DNA from: a virus
Taxonomy: Duplodnaviria > Caudoviricetes
IMG/VR virus record: IMGVR_UViG_3300032225_000840
Location: 434-64,433 of that record
Direction: 5' to 3' (one strand)
Length of the DNA stretch: 64,000 bases
Below are positions 9,262-19,800 of this stretch, one piece after another. The translations under genes and the position numbers were made by a program. Each line of letters begins with the position of its first letter. The stretch's first letter is position 1. A model generated the notes under the pieces. It was given only the letters and a program-made list of their open reading frames with translations. It ran no database searches and was not told where the DNA came from.

Positions 9262-10797
9262 ATGAGCTTACATGCCGCCGCCCAACATCTAGCAAAAAAA
9301 GGTCGTGGACAAGATAAAATGCTTGTTCACATGTCGCCTAATGAAGTTAAAGGATTACAAGCAATTGCCCATGCTAAAGGGGGCAGTCTAAGTGTTAACC
9401 CTAATACCGGTCTTGTAGAAGCAGGTTTTTTAGAAGATGCGCTTCCCTTTGTAGCTGCCGCTGCCGCTACTTATTTTACGGCTGGCGCTGCCGCTCCTAT
9501 ACTAGCGACTGAACTTGGTATTGGTGCTACGGCTTCTGGTATTTTAGCTGGTGCTGGAGCAGGTGCTTTAATCAGTGGTGGTATGGCAGCTATTCAAGGT
9601 AAAAATTGGGGGCAAGCGGCTTTAATGGGTGGTCTTGGTGGCGCTTTAGCCGGTGGTATGGGTGGTTTTGAAGGTGCTCCAGACCCATTTTCTGCCGGCC
9701 CAGTAGAAGTACCGGGAACTCCTCCGACAGGAACAGAACTTACTGCGGCTACAAAAGAAGTAACAACAACGGCACCAAGCAGTGCAGGAATAAGCGGAGA
9801 GATATCCACACCACAAATTCCAGAAGCTCCTGCAACGGCTATGCCAAGCACGCCAACTGGAGCAACTCCACCAACTGGACCAACCGCACCACCTTCTGGG
9901 GCGTATCCCGATTTAGTGGAAGTACCTAGTGAGCCATTAAAGTTTCAAAATCCATCAGAAGCCCCTTCAGGTTGGTCTGAAGGCGCAAGTCCAGCTGGAA
10001 CCCCCGGAGCCCCATCAACAGGAGCGCCCGGTTCAAACATACCAAAACCCGGTTTACCAACTGAAGCTTTGCAAAAACAAGCAGAACAAAAAACAATGTC
10101 GACAGGTCAAAAACTTGCCCTTGGTGCTACTGGATTAATGGGGTTAAGTGCATTGTCACAACGCAACAAATATGGAATACCTAATACTTCAACCTATGAA
10201 AGCAACTTAGCCCGTATTTCGCCTAACTTTAGAGCCCAAGAGCCCGTACGACCAAACCCTTATTATCGTGCGCAATACCCAACCTATGCTGCTGATGGCG
10301 GTTTAATGGCAGTAAAATTAAATACGGGTGGTGAGCCAAAGAAAAAGAAAAAACAAGAATATACTACTGAAAGCAAAATTGCCTCTATGCCAGCCTATGA
10401 AGCTAGTATTGCTAGACTAGGCAATGAAATGCGCCAGTCTCAAGGTCCAATTACCGTATCTAAAGGTTTACAGCCGACGATGTCTTTAGGCGAACTTAAT
10501 TTAGCTAAAGGTGGTGAAGCGCATCTAGGTGATTACTCAGATGGTGGTCGGTTACTTAAAGGTCCCGGCGATGGAGTTAGTGATAGTATTCCAGCTACAA
10601 TTGGTAAAAAACAACCTGCCCGTCTTGCTGATGGTGAGTTTGTTGTACCAGCTAGAATTGTCTCTGAGTTAGGTAATGGGTCAACCGATGCAGGTGCTAG
10701 AAAACTGTACGGTATGATGGACCGCATTCAGAAAAAACGTCGTGCTGCTAAAGGTATTGCAACAGATACTAAAGCAGAAAAACTTTTACCAGCTTAA
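9262..10797 (+). CDS. Internal virion / DNA ejection protein
   Basis: DKMLVHMSPNEV..NPNTGLVEA N-terminus, hydrophobic Gly/Ala segment, and C-terminal GPGDGVSDSIPA..ARLADGEFVVPA. Confidence 0.65.
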   Translation: MSLHAAAQHLAKKGRGQDKMLVHMSPNEVKGLQAIAHAKGGSLSVNPNTGLVEAGFLEDALPFVAAAAATYFTAGAAAPILATELGIGATASGILAGAGAGALISGGMAAIQGKNWGQAALMGGLGGALAGGMGGFEGAPDPFSAGPVEVPGTPPTGTELTAATKEVTTTAPSSAGISGEISTPQIPEAPATAMPSTPTGATPPTGPTAPPSGAYPDLVEVPSEPLKFQNPSEAPSGWSEGASPAGTPGAPSTGAPGSNIPKPGLPTEALQKQAEQKTMSTGQKLALGATGLMGLSALSQRNKYGIPNTSTYESNLARISPNFRAQEPVRPNPYYRAQYPTYAADGGLMAVKLNTGGEPKKKKKQEYTTESKIASMPAYEASIARLGNEMRQSQGPITVSKGLQPTMSLGELNLAKGGEAHLGDYSDGGRLLKGPGDGVSDSIPATIGKKQPARLADGEFVVPARIVSELGNGSTDAGARKLYGMMDRIQKKRRAAKGIATDTKAEKLLPA

Positions 10798-10806
10798 AGG
10801 AATAAT

Positions 10807-11256
10807 ATGGGTGGCTCTAGCGAAGGCGGAATGTTTGGGGCTAATTCTCCCCTTTTTGGAAAAGCTGTGCAACAAAATACTCAAGGGGCGGGGGGAGCGC
10901 AATATACTGCTCCTGCACAAACAGCACCATATACTCCTGCGCCTTCTAACCAAACAGGTAAATCTCCTTTTGTTCAGCAAATGGAAGGACGGCAAATGAG
11001 CCCAATTCAAAACATAGGGCTACAAGCAATTATGTCCAGTTTTATGAATCAACAACAGGGGAACCAAACAAGTCAACCTATGCAACAAGGGATTGCACCG
11101 TATTCTGGGTTAGGCTATAGACCTAATATGTCAGGAATAGCTGCTAATTTAAGTCGAGTAGCTCCTGTAGTTATCCCCCAACAACCATATACCGAAGGAC
11201 AAACACCAGAATATGTAGCAACACCGCCAATGTCAACTGAAAATGGGCAATCTTAA
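10807..11256 (+). CDS. Gln/Pro-rich hypothetical virion protein
   Basis: ORF with AAAGG-type RBS between ejection genes; low complexity. Confidence 0.55.
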   Translation: MGGSSEGGMFGANSPLFGKAVQQNTQGAGGAQYTAPAQTAPYTPAPSNQTGKSPFVQQMEGRQMSPIQNIGLQAIMSSFMNQQQGNQTSQPMQQGIAPYSGLGYRPNMSGIAANLSRVAPVVIPQQPYTEGQTPEYVATPPMSTENGQS

Positions 11257-11262
11257 AAATAA

Positions 11263-11676
11263 ATGAATTTAACTATTCAACCCGTAAACGTAACTTTTTT
11301 TCACCAAACATGGCCTTTGGTTGAAGGGTTTTTGTCAGAAGCGTTAAAATGGGGTGAAGACGATTATACTGTTGAACAGGCTAAAGCAAACTTAGCTAAT
11401 GGTACTTGGCTTTTAGTAGTTGCAGTAGATGAAGAAAATAAAATACATGGGGCATCAGCAGTAAATTTTAATAATATGCCAAATGATAGGGTAGCATTTG
11501 TTGTAGCAATAGGCGGGAAGTTAATTAGTAATCAAGATACATATAAGCAATTTACGGAATTACTAAAAGCATATGGGGCTACAAAAATACAAGGTGCAGC
11601 TAGGGAGTCCATTGCAAGACTATGGACTAGATATGGATTTAAAGAACGCTACAGAATCGTAGAGGCGAAAATATGA
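11263..11676 (+). CDS. GNAT-fold-like protein of the ejection gene cluster
   Basis: WPLVEGFLSEAL...GATKIQGAARESIARLWTRYGF resembles degenerate acetyltransferase-fold proteins at this position in podophages. Confidence 0.5.
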   Translation: MNLTIQPVNVTFFHQTWPLVEGFLSEALKWGEDDYTVEQAKANLANGTWLLVVAVDEENKIHGASAVNFNNMPNDRVAFVVAIGGKLISNQDTYKQFTELLKAYGATKIQGAARESIARLWTRYGFKERYRIVEAKI

Positions 11677-13862
11677 TGGGTTTATTCAAATACTTTTTAG
11701 ACATCCGTAAGTTTGCGGATTTATTTACATTTTATGGCGGCTCTAGTGGCGGCGGTTCTCCTGCCCCAACACAGTCTACTTCTTATAATACTAACGTTCC
11801 TGAGTATGCTCGTCCTTATGTAGAGAACATGCTCCAGTCTGCTCAAAAGCAGATATATAACGACGACATGACGACGTTTCGCCCATACCAACCATATAGC
11901 TCTGACGTTAATAACTATTTTGCTGGGTTTTCTCCGTTACAACAATCTGCCCAACAAGGTGCTTGGAATTTACAAACTCCGGGTCAGTATGGTCAAGGGT
12001 CTACTTTAGCCGGAATTGGTGGAATAGGCTCATTAGGAATTGCTGGACAAGCGGCAGGTGCTGGGCAACAATATGCACAACAAGCTACAGACCCAAATGC
12101 AGTTGCTCGATATATGTCGCCTTATCAACAAAACGTAACCGACTATCAAAAAATGCAGGCTGTGCGTGACTATCAAATTGGTCAGCCTATGTTAAAAGCC
12201 CAAGCAGTCGGTCAGGGCGCGTTTGGTGGTAGCCGTCAAGCAATTCAAGAGTCTGAAGCTCAGCGTAATTTAATGAGTCAATTACAGGGTATTCAAGCTA
12301 CTGGTACACAAAACGCATTTCAAAACGCCCAACAACAGCAGCAGTTTGGGGCTAATCTTGGGTTACAAGGTTATCAAACAGGGCTTCAAGGTCTTGGTCA
12401 AGCGGTTGGCGCGGCTAATACTTTAGGTCAGTTAGGTACTCAAGAACTTGCTGCGCAACAAGGTATTATTAATACACAAGCCGCACAAGGGGCACAACAA
12501 CAGCAACTTGAACAAGCCAAGATTAACCAAGCTATTCAAGATTACTCTACGGCTCAACAGTATCCATATATGCAGTTAGGTATTATGAATGCTATGTTAC
12601 GTGGGTTACCATTACAACAAACAACTACTCAGTCTTATCAAGCGGCTCCTAATCCCATATCTCAGTTTGGTGGTTTAGCGGCTACAGGACTTGGTGCTTA
12701 TGGTGCGCTTGCGGGTAAAGCGGGTGGTGGGGCAATTAAAGAATATGCAGGTGGTGGTTCAGTTAAAGGCTATGCTGGCGATGAGGAAAGCCTAGTTGAT
12801 AGTGGTGGGCTTGACATGATTAACCGTGTAAAAACTGAGCTTGAGAACATGCCTACCGAAGAACTAGTTAAACTAGCTAAAACAAGTTCAAGTGATATGA
12901 TTCGTGAAAAAGCGCAAGAAATACTTAACATGCGCCAAGCAGCACAGACTGCACAAATGCAACAACCCAAAATGCCTATGGGCATAGCAGCTGCCCCAGT
13001 ACGTACATTAAACACGGCTATGGCTGGTGGTGGCATTGTAGCTTTTGCTGGAGATGGTTCTAGTTTAGTAGAAGAAGAAATTGCTAGGGCAGAAAGAGAA
13101 AAAAGAGATATAGATGCTAAAGCTGGACAAGGTCGTGCGGATATTGGTGGCTTTGGAAACGTAAAGCGCTATATAGAAGGTCTTAAAGATATGGGTTTTG
13201 CTCAAACAAGCGATGAAGAAAAAGCAACTCGTGCTGAGCTATTAAAAGATAAAGGACGCGCTGCCGAATTTAATAGAATGAGCCCTTATCTTGCGTTAAT
13301 GACTGGTGGGGCTAAAGCTATGGCTAGCAAGTCCCCATTTGCTCTTACGGGTATTGGTGAGGGTATTGAAGCGGGTGTTGGTCAATATGCTAAAGGCGAA
13401 AAAGATTATGCAGATATGCTCCGTGGCGTCCGAGCTGGTGAAATTGACCTTAATAAAATCAGTGCAACTGATAGAAATAATTTAATGCACTACGCAACAC
13501 AAGCCGCAACATCCGAGGCAAACGTAGCAGAACAAAGTAAAGCACGGATGCAAGCCGCACAAATTGCTGCTGATGCAAAAGAACAAACTGCAAAAATTGC
13601 TGCACAAAAAGGATATGACGATAAGAGTACTGCTTTGTTTGGTAAGCTGTATGCAACTAATGTAAAATCAATTGAAGACAAACTTGGTTTAGATAAAGTA
13701 ACCCAAGAAATGCGAGACGATATTGCATTACAAACTATGCAACAAGTAGATACCCTATTAAAATCTCAAGGTAAGAAAGGGTTAAATGTACCTTCTCCTA
13801 GTGGTGGTACAGGTGGTGAAGCTCCGCCGCCCCCTCCCGGATTTAAACGACCCGGAACATAA
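11673..13862 (+). CDS. Internal virion / DNA transfer protein
   Basis: Gln/Gly/Ala-rich; YMSPYQQNV, GAFGGSRQ; coiled-coil C-terminus ending in PPPPPGF. Confidence 0.65.
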   Translation: MMGLFKYFLDIRKFADLFTFYGGSSGGGSPAPTQSTSYNTNVPEYARPYVENMLQSAQKQIYNDDMTTFRPYQPYSSDVNNYFAGFSPLQQSAQQGAWNLQTPGQYGQGSTLAGIGGIGSLGIAGQAAGAGQQYAQQATDPNAVARYMSPYQQNVTDYQKMQAVRDYQIGQPMLKAQAVGQGAFGGSRQAIQESEAQRNLMSQLQGIQATGTQNAFQNAQQQQQFGANLGLQGYQTGLQGLGQAVGAANTLGQLGTQELAAQQGIINTQAAQGAQQQQLEQAKINQAIQDYSTAQQYPYMQLGIMNAMLRGLPLQQTTTQSYQAAPNPISQFGGLAATGLGAYGALAGKAGGGAIKEYAGGGSVKGYAGDEESLVDSGGLDMINRVKTELENMPTEELVKLAKTSSSDMIREKAQEILNMRQAAQTAQMQQPKMPMGIAAAPVRTLNTAMAGGGIVAFAGDGSSLVEEEIARAEREKRDIDAKAGQGRADIGGFGNVKRYIEGLKDMGFAQTSDEEKATRAELLKDKGRAAEFNRMSPYLALMTGGAKAMASKSPFALTGIGEGIEAGVGQYAKGEKDYADMLRGVRAGEIDLNKISATDRNNLMHYATQAATSEANVAEQSKARMQAAQIAADAKEQTAKIAAQKGYDDKSTALFGKLYATNVKSIEDKLGLDKVTQEMRDDIALQTMQQVDTLLKSQGKKGLNVPSPSGGTGGEAPPPPPGFKRPGT

Positions 13863-13870
13863 AGAGGCTT

Positions 13871-16800
13871 ATGGATTACGCGGTTAACCCCGATACAGGT
13901 GAAGTTGTATTTCTTGTTAACAACAAGTGGGTACCTCCATCTGATTACGCAGTAAATGACAAAGGGCAAAAAGCCTATTTAGTTGGTAATCGATGGGAAG
14001 TACCTGATATACCTACACCTCAAACAGGTATGGGCGCTACTGTAACCGATGTAGGTAAGTTAGTTGGTGCTGGTGCAATTAGTGCTACGACAGATGTCCC
14101 AAAAGGAGTTGAAACAGCCGCTGCTGGTATGGCGCGCCAAACAAGTTTTGCTCCACAAGACATACTTGAGTATTTAGCTGACCCCACCAAGATTACAAAT
14201 AAACTTGCTTCTTTAGTTGGATTAGATAAACAATTAGAAGAACAAAAAACACTAGTTCCTGAAAATACACGTAAAGCTCAAGAACTTGCTGTAGACCAAG
14301 CGCTAACCAAAGGCAAAATACAAGCGCTAGAAAAATTGTCCCAATACGGTAAGGGAGTTTCTAAAGATATTGAAGGTACAGTAAGCCCCGAAATGCGCCA
14401 AGCTATGCGCGGTGCTACTCCAGAAGGTAACATTATTAAACAACTAGATGAGGCTCTTGTTACTGGAGATTTTAGTGGGGTTAGTTTTGGTAAAGCACCG
14501 TCTGCGCAAGGCTACCTTGGATTAGGCGCCAAATTATTAGGCTCTTCTTTACCCGCATTAATTGGAGGTGTAGCTACTAAAAGCCCAACAACAGGGGGTG
14601 TATTAGGTGGTGGCGCTGCCGCTACTGAAGCTAAAGATACAGCCAAAGAATATATCAGCAAAATGTCTGATACAGAACTGGAAGAAAAAAGCCCATACTA
14701 TAAAAATTTAGTTGCCCAAGGCGTTAATCCAACAGAAGCACGGCAATTAACCATTGATAAATCTGGTGATGTTGCTGGTATGTACCAAGGTTTAACGGCT
14801 GCATTAGGTAGTGCTTTTACTACCAAACTATTAATGGGACAGTTTAATAAAAAAGTTATAGATAGCGCTAAAGATAGAATATATAACGCTATTAGCGGCG
14901 GTGTTAAAGGTGTAGCTGAAGAGTCCACCCAAGAACTTATGGAAGGTGTTGCCGCCGATCTAGGTATTAACAAAACAGTAGTTCGTGAAATTGGGGTTGA
15001 TTCATTTGCTAATTTAGTACTTGGCGCTCTTGGTGGTGGCGGTCCCGGCGTAGTGGGTGGGTTACGCGGTGAAAAAACTCCAACAGCCCCAACAACTCCA
15101 CAAGCACCAGCACAAAAGTTTACAACGGATGAACAAGGTAACCTAGTACCCGTACCCCCTGCCGCTCCCCCTGCTCCTATTGCGCCAATATCTACAACCG
15201 CTGCACAGCCCGAACTCTTTACAAAAGAAGAAGCTCCCTATGCAGTAACACAAGATGAGACAACTGCCGCACAACGTCAACAAGCAGAAATAGAACGCAA
15301 TATAGATGCACTACGTCAGCAAGAGTTAGCAGCAACTTCTACAGATGAAAAGATAGCGCTTACAGAACAGATTGCACAACTAGAATCACAACTACCCGAA
15401 GCACCAAAAGACAGAGCAGCGGCATTGGGTGAAGAAATGATGACGCTTGAGCGTAAGTATAAAGAGCTCGAAGCTACACGTAATGCTACAAAACCCCTAA
15501 AAGAAAAAGGGGCGTTAACCGAACAGATGAACACAATACGTGCTCGTCAAACAGAAATTATTGCCGAAGGAAAACAATTACAAAAACAAGGTGTTAGCTT
15601 TGCGCCACCTGAAGGACAGGCTGCTTTAGAATTAGAAGTGCCTCCTGTTATTAATGATACTGTTGCACAAAGATTTGGTTTTACACCAAAAGCGGTTAAA
15701 ATAAGAGAAGCAATTCGTGGTTTAGATATGACTAAACCGGAAGACCGCCAAAAATTTAGAGACCTTATAGAAAAACATGAACGCAAGGGTGCTAAGGTTG
15801 ACATGGCGGCAGCTGAGGACTATGTAAATTATTTTGAGGAGGCACCAAGTGGAGACATCCGAACTGAACCTATCAGCAGAACAGGTGAGCCAAGCATTCA
15901 AGTGCCTAGCGAAGCAGGCGCGCCCCCCACAGGAACTACTACACCTGTCGCTGGAGGACTGGGTAGCCCTGTCAAATCTACTGGACGAGTTGCTGGAGGA
16001 GAAGAAGTTCTTGGAGAAGATAGGACAGCTCCATTAAAAATTCCAGTACAAAAAGTAACCCCTGCACAGCTAAGTGCAAGAGCTACCCCTAAAGAGGATG
16101 TCGCATTAGGTTCTATTACCGGCACTAAACTACAGCAAAATAAAGAGTTTGCTAAACGTATGGGGTATGTTAGTACTGTTGGTGGGCATTTTGTAAAAGG
16201 CGCGGTTAATAAAAAAGCTTTAGCTGCAGCAGAAGCTGGCGATGCCAAAGGGGCACTAGATGCCTTATCTAAAAGCAAAAGCCCTGTATACCGCCATATC
16301 GCTCAAATTGCTAAAACCATTAAGGGTTTAAAAATAGTAGTAGACGATACTAAAATTGAAAAGACTTTTAGTAAGTTTAAAGAAGGTGTTGATTCCGCTA
16401 AGATTACTATTGCTAATATTGATGCGCTGCGAGAAGCCAAACGTAGAGTAGATGCTGGTGAAAAATTAAATGATGTTGCTAAAAGTATTATTCAGTTCCC
16501 TAAGGGTTTAACTCCTGACGTAAAGTTTGACCAAACCTTAGCAAGTACTTTATTTTCAAATAACGCTTTGTTTAATAAGGATGCGTTCTATAAATATGTT
16601 GCTGAACAAGAAGCAATGCTTGAGGGCTACGAAGAATCAAATAGATATGCAGCTGGTACTCCAGTAGAAGTAGAAGCTATTCCGGGTTTATATGATCCTG
16701 AAACAAACACAGTCTATTTAAACTCGTATTTTAGTAAATATGAAGATGTATTAGCACATGAATTAACCCACGCTATTTCCCACGATTTTGTATCTAACCC

Positions 16801-19800
16801 TAGAGCAAAAAATACCCCCACATATAAAGCGCTTGATAAACTATATCAGCATGTGCTTACCGAATTTAGCAATAAAGATGCCTATGGATTAACTAGTCTT
16901 GACGAGTTTGTTGCCGAAGGTTTGTCTAACCCATTGTTCCAAAAAGAACTTGCCCAAATTAAATACGAAAATACTACTGCATGGAATAAGTTTGTTGAAA
17001 GCATTGCAAAAATTCTTGGTCTTAAACCTGATAATGCTTTTACTGAACTATTAAACTTAACTACTACCGCCGCTGAAAAAGGACAGTTTACAAAACGTGG
17101 TGGCAACGAAAAATTGTCTGTTGCTTTGGGTAATGATTTAAATTTAGTAGATAAAGATACCGCTGGGTATACACCAAAAAGGATTAAAAACGTATTAAAT
17201 AAATACGCTTATGGTACTAGAAACGAAGATATAAATACAACTAAAGCGTATGTTGGATATGTGTCACCCGAAGACTTCTTAAAAGCTACAACAAGGTCAG
17301 CCGAAGATTTAAAAGCTCTTGAAACAGATAGTCGTTCTAAACCTTTAAATGTAGAAGAACTTGCTGGAGAGATACAAGATATATTTTTAACATTAGATGA
17401 AGATTTTAATTTAACGGGGCATGAAGGGCGTCATCGTATGATTGCCTTAAGAGATGCTGGTATTAAACAAGTACCTGTTGTATTTATGTTTTATAGTGGT
17501 AAAAATCGTTTTGAACGGAAAGACCAATATATACCCCCTCAAAAATACTTAATGTTTGGCGGAGGAGGTCGTGGACAAAAAGGTTTTACTGTAAAAGAAC
17601 TAATACCTATTACTTACGACAACAAACAAAAAATAATAAATAAATTTAGTGCTAAAGAAAGCCAAGTTGCTTTTAATATAATCCGTACTCCCGAAGGGCA
17701 AAAGGCAGAAGAACAATTCCAACAAGCGGGCGGTGTTAAAAAACCACCAAAGCCACCAGCATTTATTAGAAAAATGCAAGAATGGAAAAGTGCTTACGAT
17801 AACAACATGTTAGTTGGTTCTATGTTTGGTAAGCTACAAAATGCGTTTTCGTTTGACCGTGCTTTTAGTAATCGCATGCGCAATACTTTGCTTGATATAG
17901 CTAAAAAAGGCGATGCCACTATGGAGCAAGCTAAAACAGCATTGCTACGTATAAGCATTTCCCAAGCACTATATAGAAGTGATTTTGCACGTAAGTTTTT
18001 AGCCACAGGCAACTATAAGTATGATGCAACAACTAATCGCTGGGAGGCAGTACAAGACGACGTCAACATGGACAAGTTTGAAGGCTTAGCTAAAGACCTT
18101 GCTAAACGTTTAGGGGTTGATAACGAAACCGCCCTTGGGTATATGAGTAAAGGCTATGAGGCTAAACGGGTAATAGGTTTCTATGATGACCTTGCTGATA
18201 CGCGGGCTGAAATAACTCGTACACAAAAGAAGATAGATGTATTAAAAAATAAAAAGCGGGACAAGGCAGAGCAAAAAGACTTTGATAAAAAGAAAGAATT
18301 GCTAAAGGCGTTAGAAGACAAAGCTAATGAGCTAGAAAGTAAAGCCCAGCACATGACCCGTGCGCAAGCTATGAAAGGCATGGAGTTATACAATGACCAC
18401 CCTGAAATAAAAGAAGGGGCTGAAATTTGGAACACCATTCGTAAACGGGTAATTAAAATGCTTGTTGAAACAGGCGTTAAAAGCGAAGAACAAGCTGAAA
18501 AATGGTTAGACGAAGCCGCATATGTACCGTTTTTCCGTGATATTGGCGAAGAAAAAGCATCAGGTCCTCAAGTTATGACCCGTGGTATTCGTGAAACTAT
18601 GGCGGATAAACGCATGAAAGGCTCGATGCTTGAAGTTGAAAACACCGTTGGAAATATGTATCAATGGGTTCAGTGGTCTGTGGCTCGTGCTATTAGTAAT
18701 AAACAACTTACAACAATGCTCGCCCAGTATAAGGCTGTGTTGCCGGACGAAGTAAGAGCCGGAAAAGGTCCACCTGATAGCACGTTCTCAGTATACGAAG
18801 ATGGCGTACAAAAGTTTTATCATGTTGCTGACCCCGCAATAGCTCAAGCGTTTACAGGTATGGAGTCGGTTATATTTCCCGGTATTGGTGCGGCAATGCG
18901 TTTTAAAAATGCGTTTAGTCATGTTATTACCCGCGTACCAATTTTCCCAGTTGCTCAGTTAGTTTTGATGGATACATGGTCGGCTATGTCTACATCAGGG
19001 TTAAAACACCCATTTGGAATAGTAAAAGAAATAGCCAAAGAAGTAGCAAAAACTGCTATGGGCACAAGCGAAGCAAGGCAAAAATTAACAGCTGCTTCTG
19101 TATTATCTACGCACGAGTATAGTTCATTAACTGATGCAGATGACGTTGCAAAACGTTTAGACCTATCTAAACCAAACGCATTTCGTAGAACTATGAACAT
19201 GCTAGATAAATGGGCAGCGCTAAACGATAATATGTTACGCCAAGCGGTGTTTGCACAAGCTAAGAACGAAGGATTAAGTGATACCGAAGCAATGGAAAAA
19301 GCGGTTGAAATTGTTAACTTCCGCCGTATGAGTGGTAATGCTGTGCTTGTATTTGCTAGTAAAACAGTTCCATTTTTTAATGCATACTCACAAGTATTAG
19401 ATGCTACGGGTCGCACATTAAGCGGCAAGGGTATTACTCCACAAGAGCGCAAAACAGGGTTGGCAATACTTGCGGCTACTTCAGCTAAGTTAGGTATATT
19501 ATCTTTCTTATACGCCGCCGCAGTAAGCGACGATGAAGACTACCAAAAGAAAAACCGTTTAGTACGTGATCGTGTGTTTGTCATACCGGGTACTGGTGGA
19601 TTAAGTGTACCGTTACGTTATGACTTATTCTTATTACCTAAGATTATCGGGGAATATAGCTATAACCTGATGGCAGATAAAGGGTTTGTAGACTCTAAGA
19701 TGTTTAAAGACGCAATGGCTAGAGCCACTAAAAAACAATTTGAGCACCCAATGGGTGGCGTATTTGCACCCGCAATTGGCTTGGCTACTAACCATGACTT

